Source: a virus. From it: a DNA stretch of 47,540 bases. Shown one piece after another: positions 23,201 through 32,082 of this stretch (position 1 is its first letter; each line of letters opens with the position of its first letter). The DNA is taken from the IMG/VR virus record IMGVR_UViG_3300011654_000001, positions 1 through 47,540 of that record. One strand, written 5' to 3'. Under the pieces are notes generated by a model. That model worked only from the letters and a program-made list of their open reading frames with translations. It ran no database searches and was not told the DNA's origin. The position numbers and the translations under genes were made by a program.

Positions 23201-25575
23201 AGGCGCGCCCTGAACCAGAACGTCACGCCAGCTGCCAGGCCGGTCATGGTGTGCGTGTTGGCCGGATATGCGTAGTCGCCGAGATGCAGCGCGTCCTGCT
23301 CGCTCTGCGTCGAGCCATACTGAATCTCGGTGCGCAGCGTGTCCTCTGCTCCGGCCGGGAAGCCCCACTCCAGGCGGATGCCGAAAACCTCAGGCACCGC
23401 ATTCAGGAAGGCCACCGCGGGCGGCGTTCCGGCCTTGCCGGCCAGATCGATCGCCTCGCTGTAGCCCCAAGGGCTCGTCACATCCAGGCTGTTCAGTGCG
23501 CGGACGCGGATCTGGTAGGTGCCTGCGTAGATGCCGACCACGTCAATCTCGGTACCGCCAACGCGCCCTGCATACACCCAGGCCCCGTCGCCGCGCTTCC
23601 ACTCCACGTCGTAGCGGGTGGCACCGGGCGCAGCATCCCAGAGGATCGTCATTGTGGTGACGGCCATGGTCTGCTCGATCATCCAGTCGCTGATGGCGCG
23701 GATGTTCGTCGGAGCAGCCTGCACGCTGGAAGGGATTGCCGTGATCGGGCGCTGGCTGATGATCGCCCCGCTGTCGACCGCGGCGTGCTTGCCCTCGACG
23801 TACTTACTCGCCGTGATGGCATATTCCAGCGGGCCGGACTCGGCGATGCTGACAATCCGGTAGCGCTGGGCCGCCAGGCTGGTCGATTCCCAAGCCCACA
23901 CGCTTTGTGCGACAGGCGCTGCGTCGAATGCAGGTGCGACAGTCAGCTGATGCCCGTCTACCGCGACGATGCTGCGGGTCTGCGCGACGCCGCTCGGCAG
24001 GATGCAGGTCAGCTCGTCGCCACTCTGCACGCCTTCGACCTTGTCCACGGTGATGACAGTTGCCGTTGCAGCACTCAGCCGGCCGCCAATACGACGCCCC
24101 GCCCGAGCATTGTCAGCCACTCGAATGATCTGACCTGGGCGCGCACGGATGCCGTCAAGCCCGACAGAGAACGTGACCGTTTCCGTCTCAAGCAGGTTGG
24201 TCAGCAGTGCCCAGCGGCCGGCACGTTGCGCCTGACCCTGCGACGTGCAGCCGAGCGCCGTGATCTCGGTGGTCTGCACACCGAAACGCGCGATAGCGTC
24301 GTCATCCTGTACGTACTCGACCTTGCGGCGGTACATGTCGGACGGGTCGTTCCAGCCCACCAGAACGGCGCTGTAGCGGGTGCTGCGCTTGCTGCCCTTG
24401 TAGCTGAACTTGCCGTTTTTGACGTTGGCGTTGGTGTAGGTGTAGACCGGGTCAGCTGGCATATCGGCCGAGACGATCGCCTGGCCGGCGCCCCAATACG
24501 TGATGCCCCGGAACACAGCCGCAATGTCCTGCAGCGCCTTGTAGGCATCAGCGCGCTTCTGCAGGTAGAGGTTGCAGACGAATCGCGGCTCCTGCCCGCC
24601 TTTCCCATCGCCGACCAGCTGGTCGCAGTACTGACCGATCTGGTACAACCCCCACTTGTCCACCTGGCTCGCGTCGATTCGGTCGCCAAGGCCGTAACGC
24701 GGGTGCAGCAGCAGGTCGTAGTAGATCCATGCCGGGTTGTTGCTGTACGTCAGCTGGAATGTGCCATCCCAGATGCCGGTGTAGGTGCGGCTTTCCGGGT
24801 CGTAGTTGCTCGGCACGCGAATGATCCGCCCGCGGGCATGGTAGCCCCGGCGCGGCACCGATCCGCCAAACGTTTCTGCATCGAATGAGACGCCAACAAT
24901 GGCCGAGTTCGGATAGCGAAACTTGGCGTCGATAATCTCGGTGAACGACTTGATATTGACCGTATCGGCGATGGTTGAAGTCGTGCTATTCGGGGTAAGG
25001 CGCCGCACGCGTACGCGCCAGCCGCCGGCGCCTGCCGGAAGATCGATGCGCACCGAGCGCTCATAGCCGCCCGAAGTCTTTCCATCAAAGGCGCCCTTGA
25101 GCACCTCTTGGTAGGCGGCCATGCCGACCGCTACGTCGATGGCGTACTCGACGCGGTAACCGGTGGTATCGCCGTTGCTTGCGTTTTGTTTAACCAGGCG
25201 CGGCACGGCGAAGTTGATGCGCACCGCGGAAAGGTCTGGGTTGGTGACCGAGCGAATCCAGGGCGCAGAGGCCTGCAGCTCAACGCCGATGTTGATTTCG
25301 TTCTCGACCTGCGGGAAGCCGGCCAGGTAGGACTGATCCTGGCTGCCGGTACGCTGCTCCCAGCTAAAGCCACTGAAGGACGAGCCGCCGCTGGTCGAGG
25401 CCGGAGTTTCGTCCAAGTAGATGGACGCCGAGCCGTTGACGAGCCCGTAGATTTCGCCCTCGGAGATGAGGTCGATCAGGCGGGCATAGGCGATGCTGAC
25501 GAGGCTGTCCGGCGACTCCTTGGGGGTGCGTGGCTTTGAGCTGCCGCCCTTGGAGCCCTTGATCATTGCTGTCAT
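20233..25575 (-). CDS. J: Host-specificity/tail-tip protein J with a long repeat-rich C-terminal extension
   Basis: 1780 aa. It has a J-like N-terminus, FN3-like segments, then ARANADSALSSRIDT-type and SITSLTN-type repeats and a jelly-roll-like insert. Confidence 0.9.
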   Translation of the reverse strand: MTAMIKGSKGGSSKPRTPKESPDSLVSIAYARLIDLISEGEIYGLVNGSASIYLDETPASTSGGSSFSGFSWEQRTGSQDQSYLAGFPQVENEINIGVELQASAPWIRSVTNPDLSAVRINFAVPRLVKQNASNGDTTGYRVEYAIDVAVGMAAYQEVLKGAFDGKTSGGYERSVRIDLPAGAGGWRVRVRRLTPNSTTSTIADTVNIKSFTEIIDAKFRYPNSAIVGVSFDAETFGGSVPRRGYHARGRIIRVPSNYDPESRTYTGIWDGTFQLTYSNNPAWIYYDLLLHPRYGLGDRIDASQVDKWGLYQIGQYCDQLVGDGKGGQEPRFVCNLYLQKRADAYKALQDIAAVFRGITYWGAGQAIVSADMPADPVYTYTNANVKNGKFSYKGSKRSTRYSAVLVGWNDPSDMYRRKVEYVQDDDAIARFGVQTTEITALGCTSQGQAQRAGRWALLTNLLETETVTFSVGLDGIRARPGQIIRVADNARAGRRIGGRLSAATATVITVDKVEGVQSGDELTCILPSGVAQTRSIVAVDGHQLTVAPAFDAAPVAQSVWAWESTSLAAQRYRIVSIAESGPLEYAITASKYVEGKHAAVDSGAIISQRPITAIPSSVQAAPTNIRAISDWMIEQTMAVTTMTILWDAAPGATRYDVEWKRGDGAWVYAGRVGGTEIDVVGIYAGTYQIRVRALNSLDVTSPWGYSEAIDLAGKAGTPPAVAFLNAVPEVFGIRLEWGFPAGAEDTLRTEIQYGSTQSEQDALHLGDYAYPANTHTMTGLAAGVTFWFRARLIDRTGNIGPWSDWVMGQSSADATAILEYITGQITESELGQHLTDRIDLIDGPATNPETVAGRVKAEADARVAAIQAEAVARANADAAEAKARQDGFVAEAQSRTAAILVESQARATAISTEKTERQAADGNLSQRIDTVSASSAGNAAAIQQEATARANADSALSSRIDTTAATAAGNTAAITAEQTARANADSALSSRIDTVTATAATNAAAITAEQTARANADSALTQRVDSLQARSGLFDAVLNYGFDAGLEGWSATRLTLAVGGGVITATATGTSAYLNSPSNLAIEGKTSTKVRMRITRRAGSGWLGYVTYVTANHGSGSAYRKIVADPGLAVGQSAIVEWDMSALTTGGTDWVDSTITRFHIWLTSTVDDVFEIDWIAVGKESPAASTASLLAEQQARAAGDTANAQAITAAESRITNAETQQAAQATALSGLTTRVSTVESTVSSNSSSITSLTNSVTTADGKAAAAQQAAQDAATLAGSKGKVIVQSAAPATADRQAQNLWIDTTNNANTPKRWNGSAWAAVTDKVATDAAAAAANALSGLATKADASALQALDTRVTSAEGTISSQGQSITSLTNTVGTKTRTYRQATAPTTGLTVGDLWINTTAGQNNKLSRWNGTTWDDTTDPRIPAAATAEALNSLSNTVTQQGNTLTSQGQSITSLTNRVTSAESVNTAQAGAITSLDTRVTSTEGALSSQASRIDGISAQINPPLAGDTGWNAGSTAVLAGVWSEQSARASEDMALGQRIDTVVAQVGQNAAAITAEQTARATADSALASQVETLSAKVNNDIAAALQSEATARADADSALSSRIDTAQAKADSASASVQTVSQAQATTDGKLQAMYSVKLGVTSDGKYYGAGMGLGIENTPQGMQSQVLFQADRFAVINVANGQITTPFVIQGGQVYINSAVIGDASITMAKIADSLQSTNYVANQQGWRLDKTGAFEINGMVAGQGRLKITNQLIEVFDSNDMRRVRLGIWE
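22499..22830 (-). repeat. About 3.5 tandem copies of a 96-nt (32-aa) unit inside J
   Basis: TCGATGCGCGA(C/A)GACAGCGCCGA... recurs at 22595 and 22691, with diverged copies at 22499 and 22787. The protein unit is ARANADSALSSRIDTxxATAAxNxAAITAEQT. Confidence 0.8.
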
Positions 25576-26126
25576 GCCCGGTCCTCAACGTAAACGCCGC
25601 CAGAAATCACCGCAGACCCTACGATCAACTCGCCGTAGAGCAGCGGCACAGGGTTGCCTTGGGCCTCGGTGTTTACCGGGCCGTTGAATGCGTAACTGGA
25701 ACGGTTATTGGCCGAGTCGGCCGACTCTGCGGCGCTTGGCTGCGGAGAGAGCATCATCACCGCCCCGCCGATTGCCATTGCAGCGCCTGCCATCATCAGC
25801 GCCGGGTTGGCCGTGACTGCGCCGGCCACGATGAGCACGGTGCCGACCACAATTTGGAATATCCCGCCCTGCTTGGCGCCTGCAGGAATTGGCGCGATCC
25901 GAATGTCATCCTTGCCGGACGGGTGGCCAAGCGCCTCAGCGCCGACATTCTCGCGGCCGTAGAACACCGCGTATCCACCCGGCGCATTGGACATGTGGCT
26001 CTCGAAGCCAGGCAGCATCACGCACAGCGCGCGGACGGCTTCGGCGGCATTCGCTACGGCCAGGCGGTGAACGCGACCGAACTTAGCCCCCAGCTTTCCG
26101 TACAGCCTGATTGTCTTGAGTTTCAT
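25572..26126 (-). CDS. I: Tail assembly protein I (lambda gpI-like)
   Basis: 184 aa. It begins MKLKTIRLYGKLGAKFGRVHRLAV and has a hydrophobic GGIFQIVVGTVLIVAGAV segment. Confidence 0.75.
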   Translation of the reverse strand: MKLKTIRLYGKLGAKFGRVHRLAVANAAEAVRALCVMLPGFESHMSNAPGGYAVFYGRENVGAEALGHPSGKDDIRIAPIPAGAKQGGIFQIVVGTVLIVAGAVTANPALMMAGAAMAIGGAVMMLSPQPSAAESADSANNRSSYAFNGPVNTEAQGNPVPLLYGELIVGSAVISGGVYVEDRA

Positions 26127-26844
26127 GGCGCCAAATACTCACTGTCTTTTCCAGCCAATAGCCGCCATACGGGTCGCGCTTTGAGTCGCGCCCGTAGAGG
26201 TGATGGAGGATTGATTGCGGGGCCGGGTAGTGCTCAGGCTCGGAAGCCAGCACGCCCGAATCGAGATAAATGCCGGAGTGGTTCGGTACCGGGGACCGAA
26301 TCTGCATCAGCACAACGTCGCCGTGCTGCAGGTTGCTCACCGGGTGGAAGCCGGCCTTTGGTAGCAGCTCCCGGTAATAGTCCTTCCCCTGATCCCACCA
26401 GCCGTCCTCGCGCTCGTAATGGCCGAGGTCAATGCCCATTTCGCGCCGGTAGAAGTCGAGAACGATGGACAGGCAGTCATGCACGCCATGCACGAACTCT
26501 CGGCCGATCAGCGGCGCCTGCCAGCCTTCTGGCTTGAGCCAGACGTGCTTGCCCGCCTTGCCCTGCTCCACCGGAATGATTGCCCAAGGCAGGCCAGACT
26601 CCTCGCAGGCGACTCGGTCCGCCACGCTGGGCTGCGCCGGGTAGTCCGGGTGGCTGTGCACCACGGCCTGCGCCTCCCCTTCACGCATGGCAGCCTTGTA
26701 GTCGGCAGGGTCGATGACGAAGTGCTCAGAAGGCGTTGTAGCGGCGTTGCGGCAGGGCCGGTACTTGCCATCCACGATCAAGCCGCACGATTCGCGGGGA
26801 TATTCCTGCTCCGCGTGCCGCTTCGCAGCGACGGGTAATCTCAT
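26083..26844 (-). CDS. K: Tail assembly protein K (MPN/JAB plus NlpC/P60)
   Basis: 253 aa counted from ATG 26844. Contains EQEYPRESCGLIV...HSHP (JAB) and HGVHDCLSIV (NlpC/P60 Cys). Confidence 0.8.
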   Translation of the reverse strand: MRLPVAAKRHAEQEYPRESCGLIVDGKYRPCRNAATTPSEHFVIDPADYKAAMREGEAQAVVHSHPDYPAQPSVADRVACEESGLPWAIIPVEQGKAGKHVWLKPEGWQAPLIGREFVHGVHDCLSIVLDFYRREMGIDLGHYEREDGWWDQGKDYYRELLPKAGFHPVSNLQHGDVVLMQIRSPVPNHSGIYLDSGVLASEPEHYPAPQSILHHLYGRDSKRDPYGGYWLEKTVSIWRHETQDNQAVRKAGG

Positions 26845-26857
26845 GGTTTTCACCCAC

Positions 26858-26880
26858 AAAAAAGCCCGCACGAAGCGGGC
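26858..26880 (-). terminator. Intrinsic-terminator-like hairpin between L and K
   Basis: On the minus strand: GCCCGC-ttcgt-GCGGGC followed by TTTTTT. Confidence 0.65.
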
Positions 26881-26900
26881 CTGCGTTTAACTGGAAATAG

Positions 26901-27563
26901 CTATCGAACCAACCCGGCGGCTGCGAACCCACCGAACGGCAATTCACCGTTCTCGCCGAACCGTAGCTTGCAGCTCTGCAGTCGCTTGCCGCATTTATCC
27001 CGCGCCGCATCCGTCGTGATGATGTCGTACTCATCCGCCACTGGCGGGCCGGTGTAGCCGCATTCCGCGCTCCGGTACCGCCATGGGCAGTGATTCGCGA
27101 TGATCTGCCGCCGTGGGAGCTGGACGCCTTGAAAGTCCATGGCGCTGGCCAGCTCGAACTCCACCGCCTCGGATGTCTCGCCGACCTTCTGCTCGATGAA
27201 CCAGATCTCCGGTGGAAACTCCTCGTCCGGATCGGCATCGGGCATTCCATCCAGGTACTTGGCCAGCGTCCGGCGACGGGTCAGCTTGGCGCCAACCATG
27301 TCGTCGAACTCCAAGCACAGCGCCGTGATGAAGCCGCCAACGTTGCCCATCTTCAGCGACGGCGAAGGGTTGCGGCTGCCGCTCATCTCGAACCCGCTAG
27401 CCTCGAGCGGCCACGGGTCGTACTGCACGCCCTTGAAGCTGATCGGGCCGGCGTCGTGGCTGTGGAAGTGGTAGACCTCCGCGCCAATCGCCTCGGCGTC
27501 GAGGGTGTAAAGCGTCACGATCTGCCCGGGCTCCAGGCGTTGAACGTCTGTCGCTAACGTCAT
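26901..27563 (-). CDS. L: Minor tail protein L (lambda gpL-like)
   Basis: 220 aa. The C-terminal Cys cluster is CPWRYRSAECGY...DKCGKRLQSCKLRF. Confidence 0.85.
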   Translation of the reverse strand: MTLATDVQRLEPGQIVTLYTLDAEAIGAEVYHFHSHDAGPISFKGVQYDPWPLEASGFEMSGSRNPSPSLKMGNVGGFITALCLEFDDMVGAKLTRRRTLAKYLDGMPDADPDEEFPPEIWFIEQKVGETSEAVEFELASAMDFQGVQLPRRQIIANHCPWRYRSAECGYTGPPVADEYDIITTDAARDKCGKRLQSCKLRFGENGELPFGGFAAAGLVR

Positions 27564-27913
27564 GTCGCATGCACCTCCTCAAAGCTGGCCGACAGCTGGA
27601 AATAGCCCGCCCCCTTCGATGTGAGGCTGTAACCGGACCGGCACTTGAACAGCTTCGTCGCACCGAGCGGAGTGACCCACTCGAATGCTTGGTAGCCGCC
27701 CTGACGATCCAGAAACTCGGCCATCGCCTTGACCGGCATACCCCGGCCCGATTCCCAGTGCCCCATCGCTGAGATGCGCCAGGCCTCGGAGCGGGTATTG
27801 ATGCCGTCGCCGGCCTCCTGGGTGTAGCCATCGCCGAAGTCGGTCCGCAGGTTGCGCTGGCTCACCTCGATCGAGGCCGAGTTGTCGACGGGAAAATCGA
27901 AAGTCTCCATCAT
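27560..27913 (-). CDS. M: Minor tail protein M (lambda gpM-like)
   Basis: 117 aa lying between the tape measure and L. ATGA overlaps at both ends. Confidence 0.75.
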   Translation of the reverse strand: MMETFDFPVDNSASIEVSQRNLRTDFGDGYTQEAGDGINTRSEAWRISAMGHWESGRGMPVKAMAEFLDRQGGYQAFEWVTPLGATKLFKCRSGYSLTSKGAGYFQLSASFEEVHAT

Positions 27914-30900
27914 CGTCCGGCTCCATACAGGTTCCAGAGCAGGCCGCCTGGGCGAGATTCACGCTCGATCTTGGTCATAACGACAGCGTTGATCGTGTCA
28001 GCCGTGACCTGCCCCTGCTTACGCATTTCCTGCTCGCTCATGCCCGCCTGCCCCTCGACCGTGACCGGTGCGTGGATCGTGATCTGCGGCGCACCGCCCC
28101 CGCCCTTCCGGTCTGCCAGGTAATCCTTCAGGTCGGAGTTCGTGCGCCGGTCCACGACGCGCTCGCCGCGGTCCAGAAGCCAGGTGCCTTCCTTGGGGAT
28201 GTTGTCGATACCGTCGTGCGCCATACCGGCCAGCGCCAGGCTTGAAACGGCGCCGACCATTGGGGACGTTGCGGCCAGCGCAGCAGCAGATGCCGCGGGG
28301 GCCATTGCTGGGCCGACAATGGGAATTGCCGCAGTCGATGCATAGGCATTAAGGGCCGCCATTTGCTGCGATGCCATGGCGTTCGAGGTCAATGCGCTAG
28401 CAGCAGTAGCTTGGGTCGTTTTGCCGACCAACATCTGCACGGCTTGATAGGCCAGCCACTGAGCCGCCATCTCACCGAGAGCATTGACTACAGAGCGAGC
28501 CATTCCCTCTGCCAGGCTGGAAGCCGCATCACCCAACGACTCGGCATCGAACACCATCGATTCAAAGGCGTCACCGAACCGACGGCTGAAGTTCTCCAGC
28601 ATATTGCCGGCCAGCTCGTCGAAGTCCGTCAGGTTCTTCTCTGCCGCTGAAAGGTAGCGATCCCAGAAGCTGCCATTTATCTCCAGCAGCTGCTCGCTTA
28701 CCTCCGTCTCAAGCCGAATCAAAGCCTCGTTGCGCTCTTCGGCCGTGAGCAGCGTTGCGTCCATGATGGTCTGTCGACGGCGCTCGTAAGATGCCTTAAT
28801 CGCCTCCTCTTCGGTCATCAGCGAGTCGATGATCGACACCGCGTCGCGGTTAGTCTGCTCCTCTGCCTCGTTGACCTTGCGGATTGCCTCAGCCTGCTTC
28901 TCGTAGGCTTCAACCGCCTGCAATGCAGTGCGCGCACTTGCCAGCTGAGCCTCCGAAGCACCGTCCATAGCGAGCTTATAGAGCGTCGCCTCGGTGGTGT
29001 TCATCCCGAGCATCTTGGCTTGCAGCTCAAGCGCTGAAACCTGCTGCTTAAGGTTCTTTTCCGAAGTCTTTCCGCGTGCCCGCTCTGCTTCTTCCAGCCG
29101 GTAGAGCTGCGTGGCCAGCTGTTCGGCCTCTTCCCGCTCCTCCTTGGTGGCCTCTGCGCCGAGCGACTGGATGGCCGCCAGGCGAGCGCGCGCTTCACCT
29201 TGCAGCTTCGCCAAGTCCAGCTGCTCGCGCATGCGGGCAATTGCTTTCTGACCTTCAGCGCTCGTCGTAGGCTCTTCCGGGTCGCTCAGTTCGGGCGCCT
29301 TGCTGCGCTTCGCGATTTCCTCATCGACTGCCTTCAGGCGCTTGCGGTACTTCTCCAGCGCCTCATCAGCGATCAGTGCCTTCTCTGCGGTGCGCTCCAG
29401 CTCTTCGCGCCACTCTTGGGCCTTGGCGCTGCCTGGGTAGCGCTCAAGGTTGCCTTTCAGCGTCTCGACGCGAGCATTGAGCGCGGTCAGTTCGCCGGCG
29501 GCGCCGCTGGACTCGGTTTCGATCTTGGTCAGCAGATCCGCGCGCAGAGCCCGCAGGGTTGCATCGCCGAGGTCATTGACCGACTCGGTAAGCAGGTCGA
29601 CCGGCTGCTTGGCGTCTCGTGCGTTGCTAGCGAAGGTGTAGAGCGCCCCGGCGGCGAGCAAGACCACGCCAGCCGGCCCGCCAAGCAGAGCCATGGCGCT
29701 GCGCAGCCCTCCAGCGACGATGGTGCCGACACGCATTGCGCTGTTGAGCGCGTTCTGTGCCGCAGCCTGGTTAGCTGCAGCCTGGAGCGCAACGGCTTGT
29801 GCTGCCGAAAGGTTGCGGGCAGCGATTGCGTGCGCGTTAGTGCCACGAGCCGCTTCGAACTCTGCCTTGGCTACGGCGAGCGCTGCCATGGCCGACTGAC
29901 GCTCAGCGGTTGCCCTGGCAGCCGATACAGCCAATGCCTCGCGCTCTTTGGCGATGCGGATGACGGTCGCGGTGACTGCCTGGCCTTGGGTAGCGGTGTA
30001 GGCGAGCATGGCCGTGACAAGCCGAGCACCAATCGCAACGGCCAGATACTCCGCTGCTGTGCTGATGCCGTCGAGCGCCCCCTTCATCGCCTCAGTGTCT
30101 TCGCTGAACGCGAGTACTGAGTCAGCGGCCGAGATGATGCTGTTGGTGACGCCCTGAATGGCCCCGCTCTGGTTCTCTAATGCGACGAGGATCGCGGTTG
30201 TTGCTGTCTTGGCGCGAACACCTGCATCGGTCAGGTTGCTCGCCATGTTGGCGGCGGCCTTGGCGTTCTCGTCCAGGGACTTGCGCAGACCTTCGGACAG
30301 ATCGCGCGCAGAGAGCTTCCCGGCGGCGCCCATTGCGCGGATCTCGGCGGCGGAACGACCTGTTGCCGCTGCGATGTCATTGATCACCGATGGCAGGGCC
30401 GCGGTGATTGTTTCCCACTGATCGGCGGCCACCTTGCCGGTGTTCATCGACTTGGAAAAAGCCGCTATCGCTGCCTCTGCGCGGTCAGCGCTGGTGGCGT
30501 TCTTCACGAACGCATAGGACATGGAGTCCGTCACGTCCAGCGCCTGCTGAGTCGAGTAGCCCATGCTCCGCAGGCTGTCAGCGGTGCGGATGTAGAGCTC
30601 TTGTGCCTCTTGCAGCGAACGGTAGGTGCCATTTGCGGTGGCCAGCAGGCGGCGCTGGACAAGCTCGAACTCGGCCTGGCTGCTCGTGGCCATCTGCACG
30701 CGCTCTGCCATTTCCTGATAGGTCTGCACCAGGCCAGCAGCAGAGCGAAGCGCGGTCGCGGAAACAGCGGCGGCCAGAGTTGTGCCTAGAGCAGCAACTG
30801 CGGTCTTCAGCTGAGAGGCGGCCGTCACATTGCGGCGAGTCTGGCGCTCCAGCTGATCAAATCCGCCCTCAGCCTTGCGGGAGGCAGCTTCCAGGCGATC

Positions 30901-30969
30901 CAGGTCGCTCGCAGCCTTCAGGCCGCTCGTGCTGTCCACACTCAGGACAAGGCGGGCGTATTCGGTCAT
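27910..30969 (-). CDS. H: Tape measure protein
   Basis: 1019 aa counted from ATG 30969 (GGAGAAAAG RBS). It is Ala-rich and helical, and it follows G/GT. Confidence 0.85.
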   Translation of the reverse strand: MTEYARLVLSVDSTSGLKAASDLDRLEAASRKAEGGFDQLERQTRRNVTAASQLKTAVAALGTTLAAAVSATALRSAAGLVQTYQEMAERVQMATSSQAEFELVQRRLLATANGTYRSLQEAQELYIRTADSLRSMGYSTQQALDVTDSMSYAFVKNATSADRAEAAIAAFSKSMNTGKVAADQWETITAALPSVINDIAAATGRSAAEIRAMGAAGKLSARDLSEGLRKSLDENAKAAANMASNLTDAGVRAKTATTAILVALENQSGAIQGVTNSIISAADSVLAFSEDTEAMKGALDGISTAAEYLAVAIGARLVTAMLAYTATQGQAVTATVIRIAKEREALAVSAARATAERQSAMAALAVAKAEFEAARGTNAHAIAARNLSAAQAVALQAAANQAAAQNALNSAMRVGTIVAGGLRSAMALLGGPAGVVLLAAGALYTFASNARDAKQPVDLLTESVNDLGDATLRALRADLLTKIETESSGAAGELTALNARVETLKGNLERYPGSAKAQEWREELERTAEKALIADEALEKYRKRLKAVDEEIAKRSKAPELSDPEEPTTSAEGQKAIARMREQLDLAKLQGEARARLAAIQSLGAEATKEEREEAEQLATQLYRLEEAERARGKTSEKNLKQQVSALELQAKMLGMNTTEATLYKLAMDGASEAQLASARTALQAVEAYEKQAEAIRKVNEAEEQTNRDAVSIIDSLMTEEEAIKASYERRRQTIMDATLLTAEERNEALIRLETEVSEQLLEINGSFWDRYLSAAEKNLTDFDELAGNMLENFSRRFGDAFESMVFDAESLGDAASSLAEGMARSVVNALGEMAAQWLAYQAVQMLVGKTTQATAASALTSNAMASQQMAALNAYASTAAIPIVGPAMAPAASAAALAATSPMVGAVSSLALAGMAHDGIDNIPKEGTWLLDRGERVVDRRTNSDLKDYLADRKGGGGAPQITIHAPVTVEGQAGMSEQEMRKQGQVTADTINAVVMTKIERESRPGGLLWNLYGAGR

Positions 30970-30986
30970 GCTTTTCTCCAGGCATG

Positions 30987-31008
30987 AAAAAGCCCGCACT
31001 AGGCGGGC
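30987..31008 (-). terminator. Intrinsic terminator after the lipoprotein moron, just upstream of the tape measure start
   Basis: On the minus strand: GCCCGC-ctagt-GCGGGC followed by TTTTT. Confidence 0.7.
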
Positions 31009-31024
31009 TTCGTGAGGTCATTTA

Positions 31025-31402
31025 CTACTGCTTTGGCGGCGAAGACTGCTGCATGACTTTGTAAGAGGCTTCGATTGTTTTCTGGCTTGCCTCCATCATA
31101 TCGGCTGTCAGCGTCTGGTTTCCCCATCGCGCAACCTTCCCGTTCTCGAAGGTGACCACCAGTCGATCCTGGGCGAGCTGTTCGTTATCTACCGGGGTGA
31201 GGCCCATCACGACCGGATTCCAGTAGATCCAACGCTCGCGATCTTCGTTCACATCAGTTCTTCGGGGGATGCCCATGGTCGCCTGTACGTCAGCTTTTGA
31301 CATTCCCAACGACAAGTTCATGGACTGCCGGTTGTAATCGATACGATTGTTGGCGCAGCCTGCGATGATGAGCAGCGCGGCAACGATGAGAATCTTGCGC
31401 AT
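31025..31402 (-). CDS. BamE/SmpA-OmlA-like lipoprotein (moron between T and the tape measure)
   Basis: 125 aa counted from ATG 31402 (GGGAGGGG RBS). The lipobox reads MRKILIVAALLIIAGC, followed by LGMSKADVQATMGIPRR. Confidence 0.7.
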   Translation of the reverse strand: MRKILIVAALLIIAGCANNRIDYNRQSMNLSLGMSKADVQATMGIPRRTDVNEDRERWIYWNPVVMGLTPVDNEQLAQDRLVVTFENGKVARWGNQTLTADMMEASQKTIEASYKVMQQSSPPKQ

Positions 31403-31434
31403 GGTTCCCCTCCCTGTTTGAAAGGGCCAGATTA

Positions 31435-31755
31435 TCACCGATTCTCGGCCATCGCCTTCAGTGCAGCGCGCTCCATGATCTGGATCGCCTCCAGGTGGTC
31501 GCGCTGCTGCTTGCGCTTGACGCGGTTCATGCGAAACAGCGACTCAAGGGCCGAGTAGTCAAGCCCTGTCGGCCCATTCATGCCCGTGCGCCATTGGGTC
31601 TGCATCGAAAGGAAGATGTCGAACACCTGCCAGTTCTCTGGCCAGATTCCGAACCGCTCTTCCGGGAAGTCTTCGGGGCGAAGGCCGAAGCGGGCCATCT
31701 CTTCGGGGTCGGCGTCCTTCCTGAAAAGCCGCTCGACCGCCCCCTCTAGTTTCCC
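31435..31755 (-). CDS. T: T portion of the GT fusion, reached by a -1 frameshift
   Basis: The -1 frame is open from the slippery site to 31435 (track ORF 31435-31827). Confidence 0.7.
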   Translation of the reverse strand, partial: GKLEGAVERLFRKDADPEEMARFGLRPEDFPEERFGIWPENWQVFDIFLSMQTQWRTGMNGPTGLDYSALESLFRMNRVKRKQQRDHLEAIQIMERAALKAMAENR

Positions 31756-32057
31756 CGGCGGCCGTCCACCAGAGCGGTTATGTACGCGGAGAAGATGGCT
31801 TTCGGGGCCATGACGTAGTTCTTGCACAGCAGCTCAATGCTGGCGGCGCAGAATTCTTCTTCGAGATCCCAGCCGGCGAGCATTTCACCGAGCAGGTCTG
31901 GGTCGCTGATCTTCTTGTTCTTGATCAGCGCGTCGAGGCTGTCCTTGTCGCGGTGCTTGAACTCGAATACCGGCTTGGCAACCTGGCCGTCAGGCAGCGG
32001 GATTTCTACCGGCGCCTTGAAGGTTGGATTCGGGGTCAGGGTGAATTTCACGCTCAT
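31746..32057 (-). CDS. G: Tail assembly chaperone G
   Basis: 103 aa located between the tail tube gene and the tape measure. It ends at the slippery site. Confidence 0.75.
   Translation of the reverse strand: MSVKFTLTPNPTFKAPVEIPLPDGQVAKPVFEFKHRDKDSLDALIKNKKISDPDLLGEMLAGWDLEEEFCAASIELLCKNYVMAPKAIFSAYITALVDGRRGN
31749..31755 (-). promoter_or_regulatory. -1 programmed frameshift heptamer G GGA AAC
   Basis: The G frame reads CGG GGA AAC TAG. After a -1 slip it reads GGG AAA CTA GAG... Lambda uses G GGA AAG at the equivalent place. Confidence 0.75.
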
Positions 32058-32082
32058 GGATCGTCCCTATCTGGAAAGAGTA

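Noticed and set aside
22975-24888. Very long plus-strand ORF (637 aa) antisense to J. Similar long antisense ORFs occur at 35165-36274, 36108-37079, 40079-41323, 43394-44557, 12327-13349 and 9509-10237.
   Set aside because: Their translations are Arg/Ala/Gly/Pro-rich with no recognisable motifs. They lie opposite genes with clear family signatures. This is the shadow-ORF behaviour expected in ~60% GC DNA.
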